Source: Syntrophales bacterium (GTDB lineage: Bacteria > Desulfobacterota > Syntrophia > Syntrophales > UBA2210). From it: 64,000 bases of DNA. Below the pieces are notes generated by a model. That model had not been told where the DNA came from and made no database searches. It saw only the letters and a list, made by a program, of their open reading frames with translations. The stretch spans positions 256,001 through 320,000 of the forward strand of contig CAXXNF010000001.1 of assembly GCA_963666365.2 (NCBI GenBank), read 5' to 3'. Positions within the stretch are counted from its first letter, which is position 1; the number at the start of each line of letters is the position of its first letter. Position numbers and translations under genes: made by a program. This document shows, one piece after another, positions 28,689 to 39,080 of the stretch.

Positions 28689-29347
28689 TCGGCGATACCT
28701 TTCACCCCCTTTATCTCAAAGATTTCGCCCCCTATTTGACCAAATTCAGCGGTACCGATGCCGAGGTGCTCGTCACCGCCGACTGGCCGCCCGATTCAGT
28801 CAATCTCGTCAAGCAGATGCGCGCCCTTGGAAATATGAAACCGGTCGCTGGCATATATGTTGACTACATCGCCGGCATCGCCGCGGTGGGCGGTGAGGGA
28901 GGCAAGGGAATCGTCAATGCATTTCACCATATCCCCTGTTTTAAGAACCCTTCAAACGACAGATTCAACACCCTCTGGAACGGACAGTCGAAAAAGTGGA
29001 AGGCCCCCTACGACAACCCCACCTATACGTGGCCTATCGCCGGTGTAGGCGGCTCGGCGATTCAGTTCTACTGGCTCTTCGACGTGGTACAGCGTGCGGG
29101 CAGCACCGATCCCGAAAAGATCATCGCCACCTGGGAAGGAGACACCTACACCACCGTAACCGGGCAGGTTCGCCACATGCGCGCCTGTGATCACCAGGCG
29201 ATTATGGATTTATACGTCACACAGCTCGACTACCCCTCGGGCTGGTATGACGACATTAACGCAGCCGGTTTCACACAGGCCTTTGTAGTCCCGGCGCGTT
29301 TCTGTACGCCCCCGATTCCGGAAGGTCTTGACCGATGTAAGAAATAG
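28643..29347 (+). pseudogene. 5'-truncated ABC (branched-chain type) substrate-binding protein remnant
   Basis: From 28643 it reads SFRENLKKYRPEAEIVGDTFHPLYLKDFAPYLTK, matching the middle of 59484-60830 (VFKDGLKKYKPNAIIAGEDYHPLFLKDFAPYITK); no signal peptide or N-terminal half; overlaps the ligase 3' end. Confidence 0.85.
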
Positions 29348-29377
29348 ATGAACATCACTATAGAGCTGCAGTAAAAC

Positions 29378-29423
29378 AAACACACCCGGCATACTTCGAT
29401 CATGTATGTCGGGTGTGTTTTTT
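29378..29423 (+). terminator. Rho-independent terminator
   Basis: AAACACACCCGGCATAC...GTATGTCGGGTGTGTTT followed by further Ts. Confidence 0.8.
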
Positions 29424-29574
29424 AAGAAATATACGAAAAAGCCGATTACTACCTTAAAAGTCATCCGGAAAAACTCATCTTGTATTTACCTCACAGGATG
29501 ATATATGGTTTTTGTCGAAAATAATGTTTCCACAAGCCTTGTTCGTTCTCGAATAAAATCCATAGGAATCAGTC

Positions 29575-32500
29575 ATGTCAACAGTTGAGCAAGACCGAAT
29601 ACAGAAAATCATAGACGCCCTTTCGAGGGCGACAGAGGGAGAGTACTCGGCACGGCTAGATTTTGCATCGGAAGATGACGATATCGGTTCTTTGGCAAAC
29701 GCCGTCAATACACTACTGGAAAAAACCGGTAAAAAAATATCCGGAATACACACACTGTCTCAAAATTCGGCATTGGACGCCGGTCGCTACCACCATATTC
29801 TCAACACCATCCAAGAATCCTATTTTGAAGCCGATCTCAAGGGACATCTGCTTTTTTTCAATGATACGGCGCTGCGGGATTTGGGGTATGATGAAAAAGA
29901 ACTGGAAGGGATACACTTTCACCGTCTCGTAAACGCGATCAATGCACAAAAAGTATACGACGCCTTTCACCAGGTATTTCTGACAGGCCTACCGAACAAG
30001 GGCTTCGAGTGGGAAATACTAAAGAAAAACAATGAAATAATAGAGGTCGAATCGTCGGTTGCCCTTCTGTGCGACGAAGGGGGGAAGCCGGTAGGATTCC
30101 GGGGGGTAGTGCGCGACATTTCCCTGCGCAAAAAAACCGAGCGGGACTTGCGCATACAACAGGAGAAGTACCGCACCGTCCTGGAAAACATGGAGGACAC
30201 CTACCTGGAAAACGACCTGAAGGGCAATTATACCTTTTTTAACGATTCGCTGTGCCGGCTGCTCGGCTATGCCCGCGAAGAGCTTCAAGGCAAAAATTAC
30301 CGGCTCATCGCCCCGCCTGAACAGCATGAGGAACTGTACCGGGCCTACAATGAAATTTACACCACCGGTGAACCGAAAATATTCCGGGAACAGAAGATGA
30401 TTGCCCGGGATGGTGCACCTCTATATTTTGATTATTCCATGTCCCTCATGCGGTCTCCCACGGGAGAACCGATCGGCTTCTGTGGTTTCGGCCGCAACGT
30501 AACTGCACAGGTCATGGCCAGAAAAAAGCTTGAAGAAAGCGAACGAAAACTGCGCCTCATCACCGCAAACATCAGCGATATCATCTGGACGATGGACTTC
30601 GATATGCGCCTCACCTATGTCAGCCCCTCGGTAGTTCCCCTTACGGGATTTACCCCTGAAGAGGTCATGCGCATCCCCGTCAGTATGATGGTGTCGCCGG
30701 AAACGTTCGCACAATATCAGCAACTGCTTGCCGATGAATTAGCCGGGGAACAGGCTGGAACGCCACCCGATAGAGAACGGCCCGTCAGCACGGTGCTCCC
30801 CCTCCTGCGTAAGGACGGAACTACCTATTGGGCTGAAATTAACATTAGTTTCAACCGCGACGAACATGGAAGGGCCTTTGAAATCATCGGCGTGACCCGC
30901 GATGTCACCGACCGCAAGCGTATTGAGGATGCCCTGAAGGATACGAAGGCATTGTATCAAATGCTCTTCGAGAACGCTCCTTACGGCATGGTGGTTCTGG
31001 ACCCTGAGACGGCGCGGATCATGGAATTCAACGATACAGCCTGCCGTCAGTTGGGGTATTCGCGCGAGGAATTTGCACAATTGGATGTTTCCGACCTTGA
31101 CATATACGAATCACCGCAGGAAATCAGGTCGAAGATTTCGGCGGTCATGCGGCAGGGAAGGACTGATTTCGAAACGCGACACCGAACGAAGCTGGGCAAG
31201 ATCAGAGATGTATATGTAACGGCCCAGTACACTGAAGTAATGGGGAAGCCTCTGTACCACTGCGTCTGGCAGGACATTACCGACCTCAAGAGCACCGAGG
31301 AGGCCCTCAGGAACAGCGAACGGCGCTACCGCCTCATTGTTGAAAATATCCATGATATTGTATGGATCATAGGACTGGATCTGAAATTTAACTACGTCAG
31401 CCCATCGAATATCCGCGTATCGGGATTCACCAGAGAAGAGGTGATGACCAAGTCATTGCAGGATTTTCTCACTCCTGAATCTCTTGCGCGCGCCACACAG
31501 ATTTTATCGGAAGAACTTGCCCGTGAAGCCGGGGGATATCCCGTTGATCCCACACGTTCCCGAATCTTTGAACTGGAGGTGTACACCAAGAGCGGCGGCG
31601 CCGTCTGGGTGGAGGTAAGCGCCGCCTTTAATCGCGACGAGTATGGAAATGCGGTGGAAATTCTTGCGGTTGGAAGGAATATCACCGAGCGGAAACAGGC
31701 GGAAGAGGCGCTGCGGAGGAGCGAGGAAAAATATCGCACCATCCTCGAGAGCATGGAAGACGGCTACTGGGAAGTGGATCTCGAAGGCAGATTCACGTTC
31801 TTTAACGACGCCATGTGCAGAATGTCGCAATGCACAAGGGAAGAACTCCTGGGGCTGAAGGTATCCGACTATGTGACGCCGGAGACAAAAGAGCGGATGC
31901 TCGAGATCTTCACCGAGGTATTCCGCACAGGCCTTTCCGCCGAGTATATGGATTACGAAGTTTTAAAAAGGGACGGCACCACAGGGATCTACGAGCTCAG
32001 TGCCTCTCTGATGCGGAATGACGAGGGCATGCCCGTTGGATTTCGAGGCATTACACGAGACGTGACAAAGCGCAGCGTCATGGAACAGGCCCTGGAGGAA
32101 AGTGAACGCCGGTACCGAATGATTACCGAAAAAATGACGGATATCGTGTGGATCACTGATAAGGATTTGCATGTGCGCTATGTGTCGCCCTCAATACAGC
32201 ACATACTCGGCTTCAGTCAGGAAGAGCGCATGCAGATGACCGTCGCCGATCAATTCACCCCCGAATCCCTGTCCATCGGAATGGATGCATGGGCGCGGGA
32301 GCTTGCGCTCGAAGAGCAGGATGGTGCAGACCCGGAAAGAAGCGCAACCCTTGTACTGGAATATTATCACAAGGACGGCACCACCCGGTGGATGGAAACG
32401 ACCATGACCGGCATTCGAGATGATCGGGGAGCACTCACAGGGCTTCATGGGGTGTCCAGGGATGTCACCGAGCGCAAAAAGGCCGAGGAAGCGCTGGAGG

Positions 32501-34053
32501 AGAGCGAGCGGCGCTATCGGATGATCGTGGAAAACATGCGTGATGTCATTATGGTGGTGGGTCTGAATTTGAAGGAACACTACCGCAGCCCTTCGGCGAC
32601 AGAGCTCACCGGGTACAGTCTTGAAGAGTTAGCCGAGATTCCACTCAAAGAACAGATCACCCCTGAATCCTATGCCCTCATGGAAAAGGCCCTTGTAGAA
32701 GAACTGGAAAAGGAGCACGGACCCGGGCCGGTGGATTTCAACAGGTCAAGGACGCTTGAACTGGAACTCTACCACAAGAACGGTGGTACGGTCTGGATTG
32801 AGGAAACAACCTCCTTTCTCCGTGATGACGGCGGCAATCCCGTAGCAATTTTGATTGCCGCCAGAGATATTACCGCGCGCAAACGGGCGGAGGAAGAAAA
32901 GGATGCACTCGAGAAGCAACTTATGCAGGCACAGAGAATGGAAACAGTGGGCCGTCTTGCCGGGGGTGTGGCACACGATTTCAACAATATGCTCAGCGTC
33001 ATTCTGGGATACGTGGATCTGGCGAAACTGCGCCTCACAGAAGAGCATCCCGTCATAAAAGACCTCGGGGAAATTGAAAAAGCCGCCCTTCGCTCCCGCG
33101 ACATCACCGCACAACTGCTGGCCTTTTCCCGAAGACAGGTCATTGCTCCAAAAGTCATCGACCTCAATGAAATGATTCTTCTTACGCAAAAATCCCTCAT
33201 ACGCCTTATCGGCGAACACATCGATCTGGCGGTGGTTCTCGACAAAAATCTCGGCCCGATCAAGATCGATCCTTCCCAGATTGAGCAGATTCTTGTCAAT
33301 CTCGCGGTGAATGGACGGGACGCAATGCCCGACGGTGGCACACTCACCATCGAAACAAAAAATATCGCCTTCGATGATCGCTACTGCAGGGACCACATCG
33401 AGTGTACGCCTGGTTGTTACGTCCAGCTCACCGTGAGCGACAGCGGAGAGGGGATGGGTCGGACAACGATGCAGCATATTTTTGAACCTTTTTTCACCAC
33501 GAAAGAGATAGGCAAGGGAACAGGCTTGGGACTGGCGACCGTTTATGGCATTGTAAAGCAGAACAATGGCGTCATCAGTGTGTACAGCGAACGGGGACAT
33601 GGAACAACCTTCAAGATCTATCTCCCCCGAACTATGGAAGAGCAAAAAATACAGGAGGAACTCGGGGCAATTCCCATACCGGCCGGAGAGGGAACCATTC
33701 TTCTGGTGGAGGATGATCCCATGGTTCTCGACATCACCAGGGGGATGCTGAAATCGCTGGGCTACGGAGTCATCACCGCAAAAACGCCCCTGGAGGCACT
33801 GGCGATCTTTAAAAAACAAGACAGAACCATTGATCTTGTCATCACCGATGTGATCATGCCTTCCATGAGCGGGAAAGAACTCACCGACACCTTCATTACA
33901 CTGAGTCCCGATGTAAAAGTGCTCTTCATGTCGGGATATACGGCCGATGCCATCGCCCATCACGGCGTTCTGGAAAGGGGGGTGCATTTCCTGCAGAAGC
34001 CCTTCAGCATACGGGACCTGGCCCGCACAGTGAAAGAAGTCATGGAGACGTGA
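29575..34053 (+). CDS. Cytoplasmic hybrid histidine kinase: HAMP-like N-terminus, 8 PAS domains, HisKA, HATPase, receiver
   Basis: Eight PAS/PAC units ending R[DN][IV][TS]-like; H-box LAGGVAHDFNNML; FTTKEIGKGTGLGL; REC LLVEDD...TDVIMP...QKPF. Confidence 0.95.
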   Translation: MSTVEQDRIQKIIDALSRATEGEYSARLDFASEDDDIGSLANAVNTLLEKTGKKISGIHTLSQNSALDAGRYHHILNTIQESYFEADLKGHLLFFNDTALRDLGYDEKELEGIHFHRLVNAINAQKVYDAFHQVFLTGLPNKGFEWEILKKNNEIIEVESSVALLCDEGGKPVGFRGVVRDISLRKKTERDLRIQQEKYRTVLENMEDTYLENDLKGNYTFFNDSLCRLLGYAREELQGKNYRLIAPPEQHEELYRAYNEIYTTGEPKIFREQKMIARDGAPLYFDYSMSLMRSPTGEPIGFCGFGRNVTAQVMARKKLEESERKLRLITANISDIIWTMDFDMRLTYVSPSVVPLTGFTPEEVMRIPVSMMVSPETFAQYQQLLADELAGEQAGTPPDRERPVSTVLPLLRKDGTTYWAEINISFNRDEHGRAFEIIGVTRDVTDRKRIEDALKDTKALYQMLFENAPYGMVVLDPETARIMEFNDTACRQLGYSREEFAQLDVSDLDIYESPQEIRSKISAVMRQGRTDFETRHRTKLGKIRDVYVTAQYTEVMGKPLYHCVWQDITDLKSTEEALRNSERRYRLIVENIHDIVWIIGLDLKFNYVSPSNIRVSGFTREEVMTKSLQDFLTPESLARATQILSEELAREAGGYPVDPTRSRIFELEVYTKSGGAVWVEVSAAFNRDEYGNAVEILAVGRNITERKQAEEALRRSEEKYRTILESMEDGYWEVDLEGRFTFFNDAMCRMSQCTREELLGLKVSDYVTPETKERMLEIFTEVFRTGLSAEYMDYEVLKRDGTTGIYELSASLMRNDEGMPVGFRGITRDVTKRSVMEQALEESERRYRMITEKMTDIVWITDKDLHVRYVSPSIQHILGFSQEERMQMTVADQFTPESLSIGMDAWARELALEEQDGADPERSATLVLEYYHKDGTTRWMETTMTGIRDDRGALTGLHGVSRDVTERKKAEEALEESERRYRMIVENMRDVIMVVGLNLKEHYRSPSATELTGYSLEELAEIPLKEQITPESYALMEKALVEELEKEHGPGPVDFNRSRTLELELYHKNGGTVWIEETTSFLRDDGGNPVAILIAARDITARKRAEEEKDALEKQLMQAQRMETVGRLAGGVAHDFNNMLSVILGYVDLAKLRLTEEHPVIKDLGEIEKAALRSRDITAQLLAFSRRQVIAPKVIDLNEMILLTQKSLIRLIGEHIDLAVVLDKNLGPIKIDPSQIEQILVNLAVNGRDAMPDGGTLTIETKNIAFDDRYCRDHIECTPGCYVQLTVSDSGEGMGRTTMQHIFEPFFTTKEIGKGTGLGLATVYGIVKQNNGVISVYSERGHGTTFKIYLPRTMEEQKIQEELGAIPIPAGEGTILLVEDDPMVLDITRGMLKSLGYGVITAKTPLEALAIFKKQDRTIDLVITDVIMPSMSGKELTDTFITLSPDVKVLFMSGYTADAIAHHGVLERGVHFLQKPFSIRDLARTVKEVMET

Positions 34054-34200
34054 TGCCCGCTCCCCGTCACAGGGAATCTGAAAGCTGAATAATTTAAAAG
34101 CATTGAACGCCCAAAGGGGCGGGAAATAAAACCCCAATGTGATTAAAAATGGGGCATAGCCCCCCTTGTTTCTCTCAGAACCTTTTTCAGTTGAATTTTC

Positions 34201-34229
34201 TTGACACATGGAATCCCGCTTTCTATAGT
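34201..34229 (+). promoter_or_regulatory. Sigma70-type promoter of the oxidoreductase operon
   Basis: TTGACA-17 bp-TATAGT. Confidence 0.75.
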
Positions 34230-34417
34230 GAGCGCCGTTCCACTGAAGAGTGAGGTGAATCCATGAATCACCGCTCATGTATAGAGCCGGCATATTTATT
34301 TTTCTCAAAGTATTAGTCTATCTCATTTGATATTCGTTCTTTTATACGCTTCCCTATCGGGCCCAGTCTCTAATCCAGCCGGTGCTTTTCCGACTGGAAA
34401 CATAAAAGGAGGTCTCT

Positions 34418-35446
34418 ATGTATGCGTTGAAATTTAGCGAAAAGGTGTGCGCAACCTGTCCCTCGGCCGATTGTCTCCTCAAGTGCCAGTACATGGATTT
34501 TGAAAAAGAAGAAGCCCATGCAGAGATGATGAAAATCGTTCGCGGGGAGGATTCCCGGGTGCTTCACGAGTGCGTGACCTGTTACGCCTGCGAAGAGTAT
34601 TGCAAACGAGGAAATCATCCCTACTATCTTATCGGCGAGCGGAGGGAAGAAAAGGGCATTTACACCGCCCCCCGCCCGATAACCAATCAGTGGGTAAACA
34701 TGACCTCGATGCAGGGCAAGTATATGGTGGGCGACGTGAAAGAGAGGGCAGTCTCCTGCTGCCTGCTGCCGGAACTCGGAGAACTGGGGTCAGGAGAAAT
34801 CTTCAAGGATGTGGCGTCTTCCGCCGTGTTTGGCGCGGAATTCATGTGTCCCGCCGTCCATACGCATTTTGCCAGGATGTCCGTTATCAAGGAACGGCTC
34901 CCCGTGGTGATAGACAATATGGCAAAGTTGGGGATAAAGGAACTCATCTGCCTTCACGACGAATGCTACGGCACCTACCGGTCAATCGCTGCCGCCTACG
35001 GCATCGAGGTGCCTTTTAAACTCATCTACTACATGGATTTCCTCCTGGAACGGATGAAAGAGCTGAAAGACAAGATCGTCCCGCTGAATATCACCGTGGC
35101 CTATCAGCGCCCCTGTTCCAACAGGCTTATCCCCGACAAGCATCCCCTTGTAAGAGAAATATTAGATCTCATCGGCGTTACCATGCCGGATCGGGAGTAT
35201 CAGGACGAGAACTGCCTCTGCTGCGCCGAGCTCATCAGATCGATTGCAGGGTACCGGCTCGCCGACGATGTCCAGAAACGCAACATCGATGATATGTGCG
35301 CTGCGGGGGCCGAATACTGTGTATTCAACTGCCCCGCCTGCCAGACGGTGTTATCGGAAAAGGTTCTGCAAAAGGGACTGACGCCGATTCACATCATTGA
35401 TCTCTGCAAGATGGCCATCGGTGAAAAGGAAAGGGAGGTGAAGTAG
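34418..35446 (+). CDS. Fe-S binding protein with CCG (heterodisulfide-reductase-like) domain
   Basis: CATCPSADCLLKC, CVTCYACEEYC, YQRPC, CLCC, NCPAC. Confidence 0.85.
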   Translation: MYALKFSEKVCATCPSADCLLKCQYMDFEKEEAHAEMMKIVRGEDSRVLHECVTCYACEEYCKRGNHPYYLIGERREEKGIYTAPRPITNQWVNMTSMQGKYMVGDVKERAVSCCLLPELGELGSGEIFKDVASSAVFGAEFMCPAVHTHFARMSVIKERLPVVIDNMAKLGIKELICLHDECYGTYRSIAAAYGIEVPFKLIYYMDFLLERMKELKDKIVPLNITVAYQRPCSNRLIPDKHPLVREILDLIGVTMPDREYQDENCLCCAELIRSIAGYRLADDVQKRNIDDMCAAGAEYCVFNCPACQTVLSEKVLQKGLTPIHIIDLCKMAIGEKEREVK

Positions 35447-35447
35447 C

Positions 35448-36827
35448 ATGAGCGACATACTGCAATCCCTGAAAGAAATCGTCGGAGAAAAAAGGGTTTC
35501 CGTCAATCCGGAAGAGCTCTGGTTCTATTCGAGAGACCCCGGCGTGCTGGATCCGCACGCGCCGGACTATGTTGTGGCCCCGAAAACAACGGAAGAGGTG
35601 CAGAAGATCGTTCAGCTGGCGAACCGTGAAAAGATCCCCCTCGTCCCCATGGGAAATGGCATGTCCCTGACAGGTCTTGTCATCCCCCTCAAAGGGGGTA
35701 TCGTCCTGGATATGAAGCAAATGAACAAGATTCTGGAAGTGAACGAAAAGGCGCGCTATGCCGTTGTCGAGGGGGGCACCTCTCAGGGAGTGCTCAAGGC
35801 CTACCTTGAGGATCACCACCCCATGCTGCGGCACAGCCTTCCCGACGCGCCCGCCACCACCACCATCGCCGCCAATGTGTCCCTTCATGGACAAGGAAGG
35901 CTGACAAACCAGTACGGCTTTAATTCCGATATGGTCACCGGCCTTGAGGTAGTGCTCCCCACCGGGGAGATCTGCAAGATCGGTTCACCCTCTCTGGGTC
36001 CTTACTGGTTCTCGAAAGGCCCCACGCTGCCCGACCTGTCGGGACTTTTTCTGGGGTGGCTCGGCACCACAGGGATCATCACCAAGGTGGGAATCCAGCT
36101 TTATCCCAACAAAAAATTCCGGGACGTGGAAGTCTTCGTCACTGATCGTGTTGAATTGATCCCGGATATTCTCTATAAGCTCACCCACCTTGAGATGCTC
36201 GAAGACATCAACGTCTGGTTTCAACCAAAGCCGATGATATTTAAAGGCAACTATCAGATCACCATATACTTTACCGGCGACAGGGAAGAAGAAATCGAGT
36301 TCAAGCGAGAGATGATCTGGAATGCCCTGCAGGAATACATAGATTCGAAAGACGCCGGCTTTATGAGCGTCGGGCCTATGAAAGACATAATGATGGAAAT
36401 GCCCCAGCGGGGCATTGCGGCATTTGCCGATGTCCCCCGGGGAGGAGGATTCGAGTATTCGGGTCCCATCACCATTATAGAGCATTTCCCCCAGTATGCC
36501 GCCAAAGTAGTTGAATTGGCGGAAAAATACGATGTCCTCTATGCCAGTTCGGCCCGGCTCATATCGGGAGGTCACTGTATGATGTACAGCATCTCCTTTG
36601 CGTTCAACCGCAACGACCCGGCAATGATGACACGGGTGAAACATGCCCTGGATGAGGCGACCGCTTTTGCGTTGGAAATGGGGGGCATCCCCTGGAAGCC
36701 CAATTATATGGAGCAGAAAATGACCATGGAAAAAATGGATCCCGTGGCGCTCAAGCTCCTCCAGATGGTGAAAAAGAACCTCGATCCCCTGGGAATCATG
36801 AATCCCGGAAATTGGGAGGTGAACTAA
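35448..36827 (+). CDS. FAD-binding oxidoreductase (GlcD/Dld family)
   Basis: APDYVVAPKTTEEV, GNGMSLTG, GTTGIITK, C-terminal LDPLGIMNPG. Confidence 0.9.
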   Translation: MSDILQSLKEIVGEKRVSVNPEELWFYSRDPGVLDPHAPDYVVAPKTTEEVQKIVQLANREKIPLVPMGNGMSLTGLVIPLKGGIVLDMKQMNKILEVNEKARYAVVEGGTSQGVLKAYLEDHHPMLRHSLPDAPATTTIAANVSLHGQGRLTNQYGFNSDMVTGLEVVLPTGEICKIGSPSLGPYWFSKGPTLPDLSGLFLGWLGTTGIITKVGIQLYPNKKFRDVEVFVTDRVELIPDILYKLTHLEMLEDINVWFQPKPMIFKGNYQITIYFTGDREEEIEFKREMIWNALQEYIDSKDAGFMSVGPMKDIMMEMPQRGIAAFADVPRGGGFEYSGPITIIEHFPQYAAKVVELAEKYDVLYASSARLISGGHCMMYSISFAFNRNDPAMMTRVKHALDEATAFALEMGGIPWKPNYMEQKMTMEKMDPVALKLLQMVKKNLDPLGIMNPGNWEVN

Positions 36828-38002
36828 TGGACTACATACGTTCAATCGCACATGGAGATATCGTCCACCGCTGTTTCAGGTGTGGATATTGTAAATTCCC
36901 CCTGGATTACGTCGACTTCAACTGTCCCTCCTACAAGGCCTTTGGCTGGGACACCTATGCCCCGGGCGGCCGCATGTGGCTTATCAGGGCATGGCTTATG
37001 GGCGAAATCGAATCGACACAGAGTTTTGCAAAAATCCTTTACGCCTGCGTGTCCTGCGACAACTGCAAGGATCAATGTGTATTTGAGAGATTCAAGGATT
37101 ACCTGCCTGACGTGTTCCAGGAAACCAAGGCGGAACTGGTGAACGAGGGGGTGATCCCTCCCGAGGTCAGGGATTACTTCAAGGCCATTATCACAAACGG
37201 GAATCCCTACAAACTGCCCCAGGCCGAACGGGCGAAATGGGCCGAAGGCCTGGGGATTCCCGAGTTCACGGATCAGGAACACCTCTTTTATGTGGGCTGC
37301 GTCGGTTCCTATGACGAGGTCGGTCAAAAAATGGCACGGTCTGTGGCACACGCACTCTCGGATGCGGGAGTCTCCATCGGCATCCTGGGCAGCGAAGAGA
37401 CCTGCGACGGAAACGAGGTGCGAATCCTGGGCGAGATGGGCCTTTTCGAAGAGCTGGCCAAGGCAAACATAGAAAAATTCAAGGAACGGAACGTCTCGAA
37501 AATTATCACCCTCGATCCCCACGCCATGAATGCCTTCAAGAAAGAATATCCCAAGCAGGGCGGAAATTTCAAAGTCTTCCACTATACTGAGGTGCTGGCC
37601 AGGCGTATCAGGGAAGGCGCCCTATCCTTTTCCGAGTATCCCGTGAAAGTAACCTACCACGATCCCTGTTATCTGGGACGGCACAACGGCATCTACGATG
37701 CTCCGCGGGAGGTCCTGCAGGCCATTCCCGGCCTTGAACTGGTGGAGCTGCGACGGAATCGCCAATATGCGTTCTGCTGCGGCGGCGGCGGCGGAAACTT
37801 CTTCACGGACATTCTGGGCACCGACGAAGACAGCGCCGGCCGCGTCCGCGTGCGGGAGGCCTTTGAGACCGGGGCTCAGGTAATCGCCGTGGCCTGCCCC
37901 ACCTGCGCCAAGATGCTCGACGATGCCCTTAAAATCGAACAACTCGATGACAGGATGGAGGTTCTGAGCATTGCCGACATCGCATTGAAGGCGCGAAAGT
38001 AA
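36827..38002 (+). CDS. (Fe-S)-binding CCG-domain protein (GlcF/GlpC/HdrD-like)
   Basis: TAATG coupling to the upstream gene; CFRCGYC, CVSCDNCKDQC, YHDPCYLGR, CCGGGGG, ACPTC. Confidence 0.9.
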   Translation: MDYIRSIAHGDIVHRCFRCGYCKFPLDYVDFNCPSYKAFGWDTYAPGGRMWLIRAWLMGEIESTQSFAKILYACVSCDNCKDQCVFERFKDYLPDVFQETKAELVNEGVIPPEVRDYFKAIITNGNPYKLPQAERAKWAEGLGIPEFTDQEHLFYVGCVGSYDEVGQKMARSVAHALSDAGVSIGILGSEETCDGNEVRILGEMGLFEELAKANIEKFKERNVSKIITLDPHAMNAFKKEYPKQGGNFKVFHYTEVLARRIREGALSFSEYPVKVTYHDPCYLGRHNGIYDAPREVLQAIPGLELVELRRNRQYAFCCGGGGGNFFTDILGTDEDSAGRVRVREAFETGAQVIAVACPTCAKMLDDALKIEQLDDRMEVLSIADIALKARK

Positions 38003-38038
38003 CACCATATCGACTCTGACGAACACGAGGTTGTCGGA

Positions 38039-38065
38039 CGCCTGCCCCTTGAAAAGGGGCAGGCG
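38039..38065. terminator. Perfect 12-bp hairpin between convergent genes
   Basis: CGCCTGCCCCTT-GAA-AAGGGGCAGGCG. Confidence 0.55.
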
Positions 38066-38243
38066 GTCAGGCCCGGGGTTTCGATTTTTTCTTTTATTTC
38101 GCGCTGCAGACGGAGACCAGCGACAGCGAGCTTTATGAAGAGAAGTAACGTGCCGATGCCACAGTAATTATACCGACTCATCTCGACGCAACACCGATCT
38201 GAAAGATCGTACTGCCCTGTGGTGTTGTGAAACACCCCCAGAA

Positions 38244-39065
38244 TCAAAAATAGATTCTGCTTTGTTTCTTCTTCATCTCCTCCTCGTCGGCGCCTTCCAT
38301 GGCAAGCTTTCCGGCCCATGAGCCGGAGGTGTCGTTGATGTGCAGGGCGCCTTCCGGACAGGCAGCCACGCAGCCGAGACAGGCGATGCACTTGTCTTTG
38401 TCCGCTTCCCCTCTTTCGGCATCAATGGCGCCGGTGGGACAGCGCTCTTCGCAGCACATGCACATGCTGCAGTCCTCGCCGTTTCGTGTGGGAAGCGTGG
38501 TGAGAATACCGAACCTGAACGCTTCGATCTGGTCGAGCTCATCTTCGGTGTAGGTCGTTTTCTCCATCTCCCCGAGGATTCCCTCGTCTTCTCCGGTGAA
38601 TCTTCGACAGATCCTCTCTACGAATTCCCGTGCCACAGCAAAATCCGATTCATCGGGCCTGCCCGCCATGGCTCTCCATCCTCCGAGATTGAAGGTATGC
38701 CACCCCAGAAATTCGGCTGAAGCGACGACGATGAAATTCCGGTCCGTCAGGATCTTTCTGGTGGAATAATGGGTGGGATGGACGCCGAATCCTCCGTAGG
38801 TAAAAAACATGGCGCACTTGCGGCGGCCGCCGTCAAGGGTGCGAAGCCAGTTGCGAAATACCCGGGGCGCCCGCCACGAATGAATCGGCGCCCCGAATAG
38901 ACAGGCATCATAGGGCTTAAAATCGATCGGCCGCTCATGATCGGCATGAGCGGTCACATCGAATTCATCCACCGCGCTGCCCAGATCATTAAAATGCTCT
39001 TTTATGACCTGCGCCATTTTTGCCGTATTTCCGGTAGCGGAAAAATACACAAGGGCTATTTTCAC
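38244..39065 (-). CDS. Flavodoxin + 2x[4Fe-4S] ferredoxin protein (EFR1-like)
   Basis: YFSATGNT; CSMCMCCEERCP and CIACLGCVAACP. Confidence 0.9.
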   Translation of the reverse strand: MKIALVYFSATGNTAKMAQVIKEHFNDLGSAVDEFDVTAHADHERPIDFKPYDACLFGAPIHSWRAPRVFRNWLRTLDGGRRKCAMFFTYGGFGVHPTHYSTRKILTDRNFIVVASAEFLGWHTFNLGGWRAMAGRPDESDFAVAREFVERICRRFTGEDEGILGEMEKTTYTEDELDQIEAFRFGILTTLPTRNGEDCSMCMCCEERCPTGAIDAERGEADKDKCIACLGCVAACPEGALHINDTSGSWAGKLAMEGADEEEMKKKQSRIYF

Positions 39066-39080
39066 GTGAATCTCCTTTCA

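Noticed and set aside
32746..34308. 520-aa minus-strand ORF, and similarly 27141-28646, 41135-42163 and 52223-53284
   Set aside because: Overlap well-supported genes in shadow or alternative frames and show no family motifs
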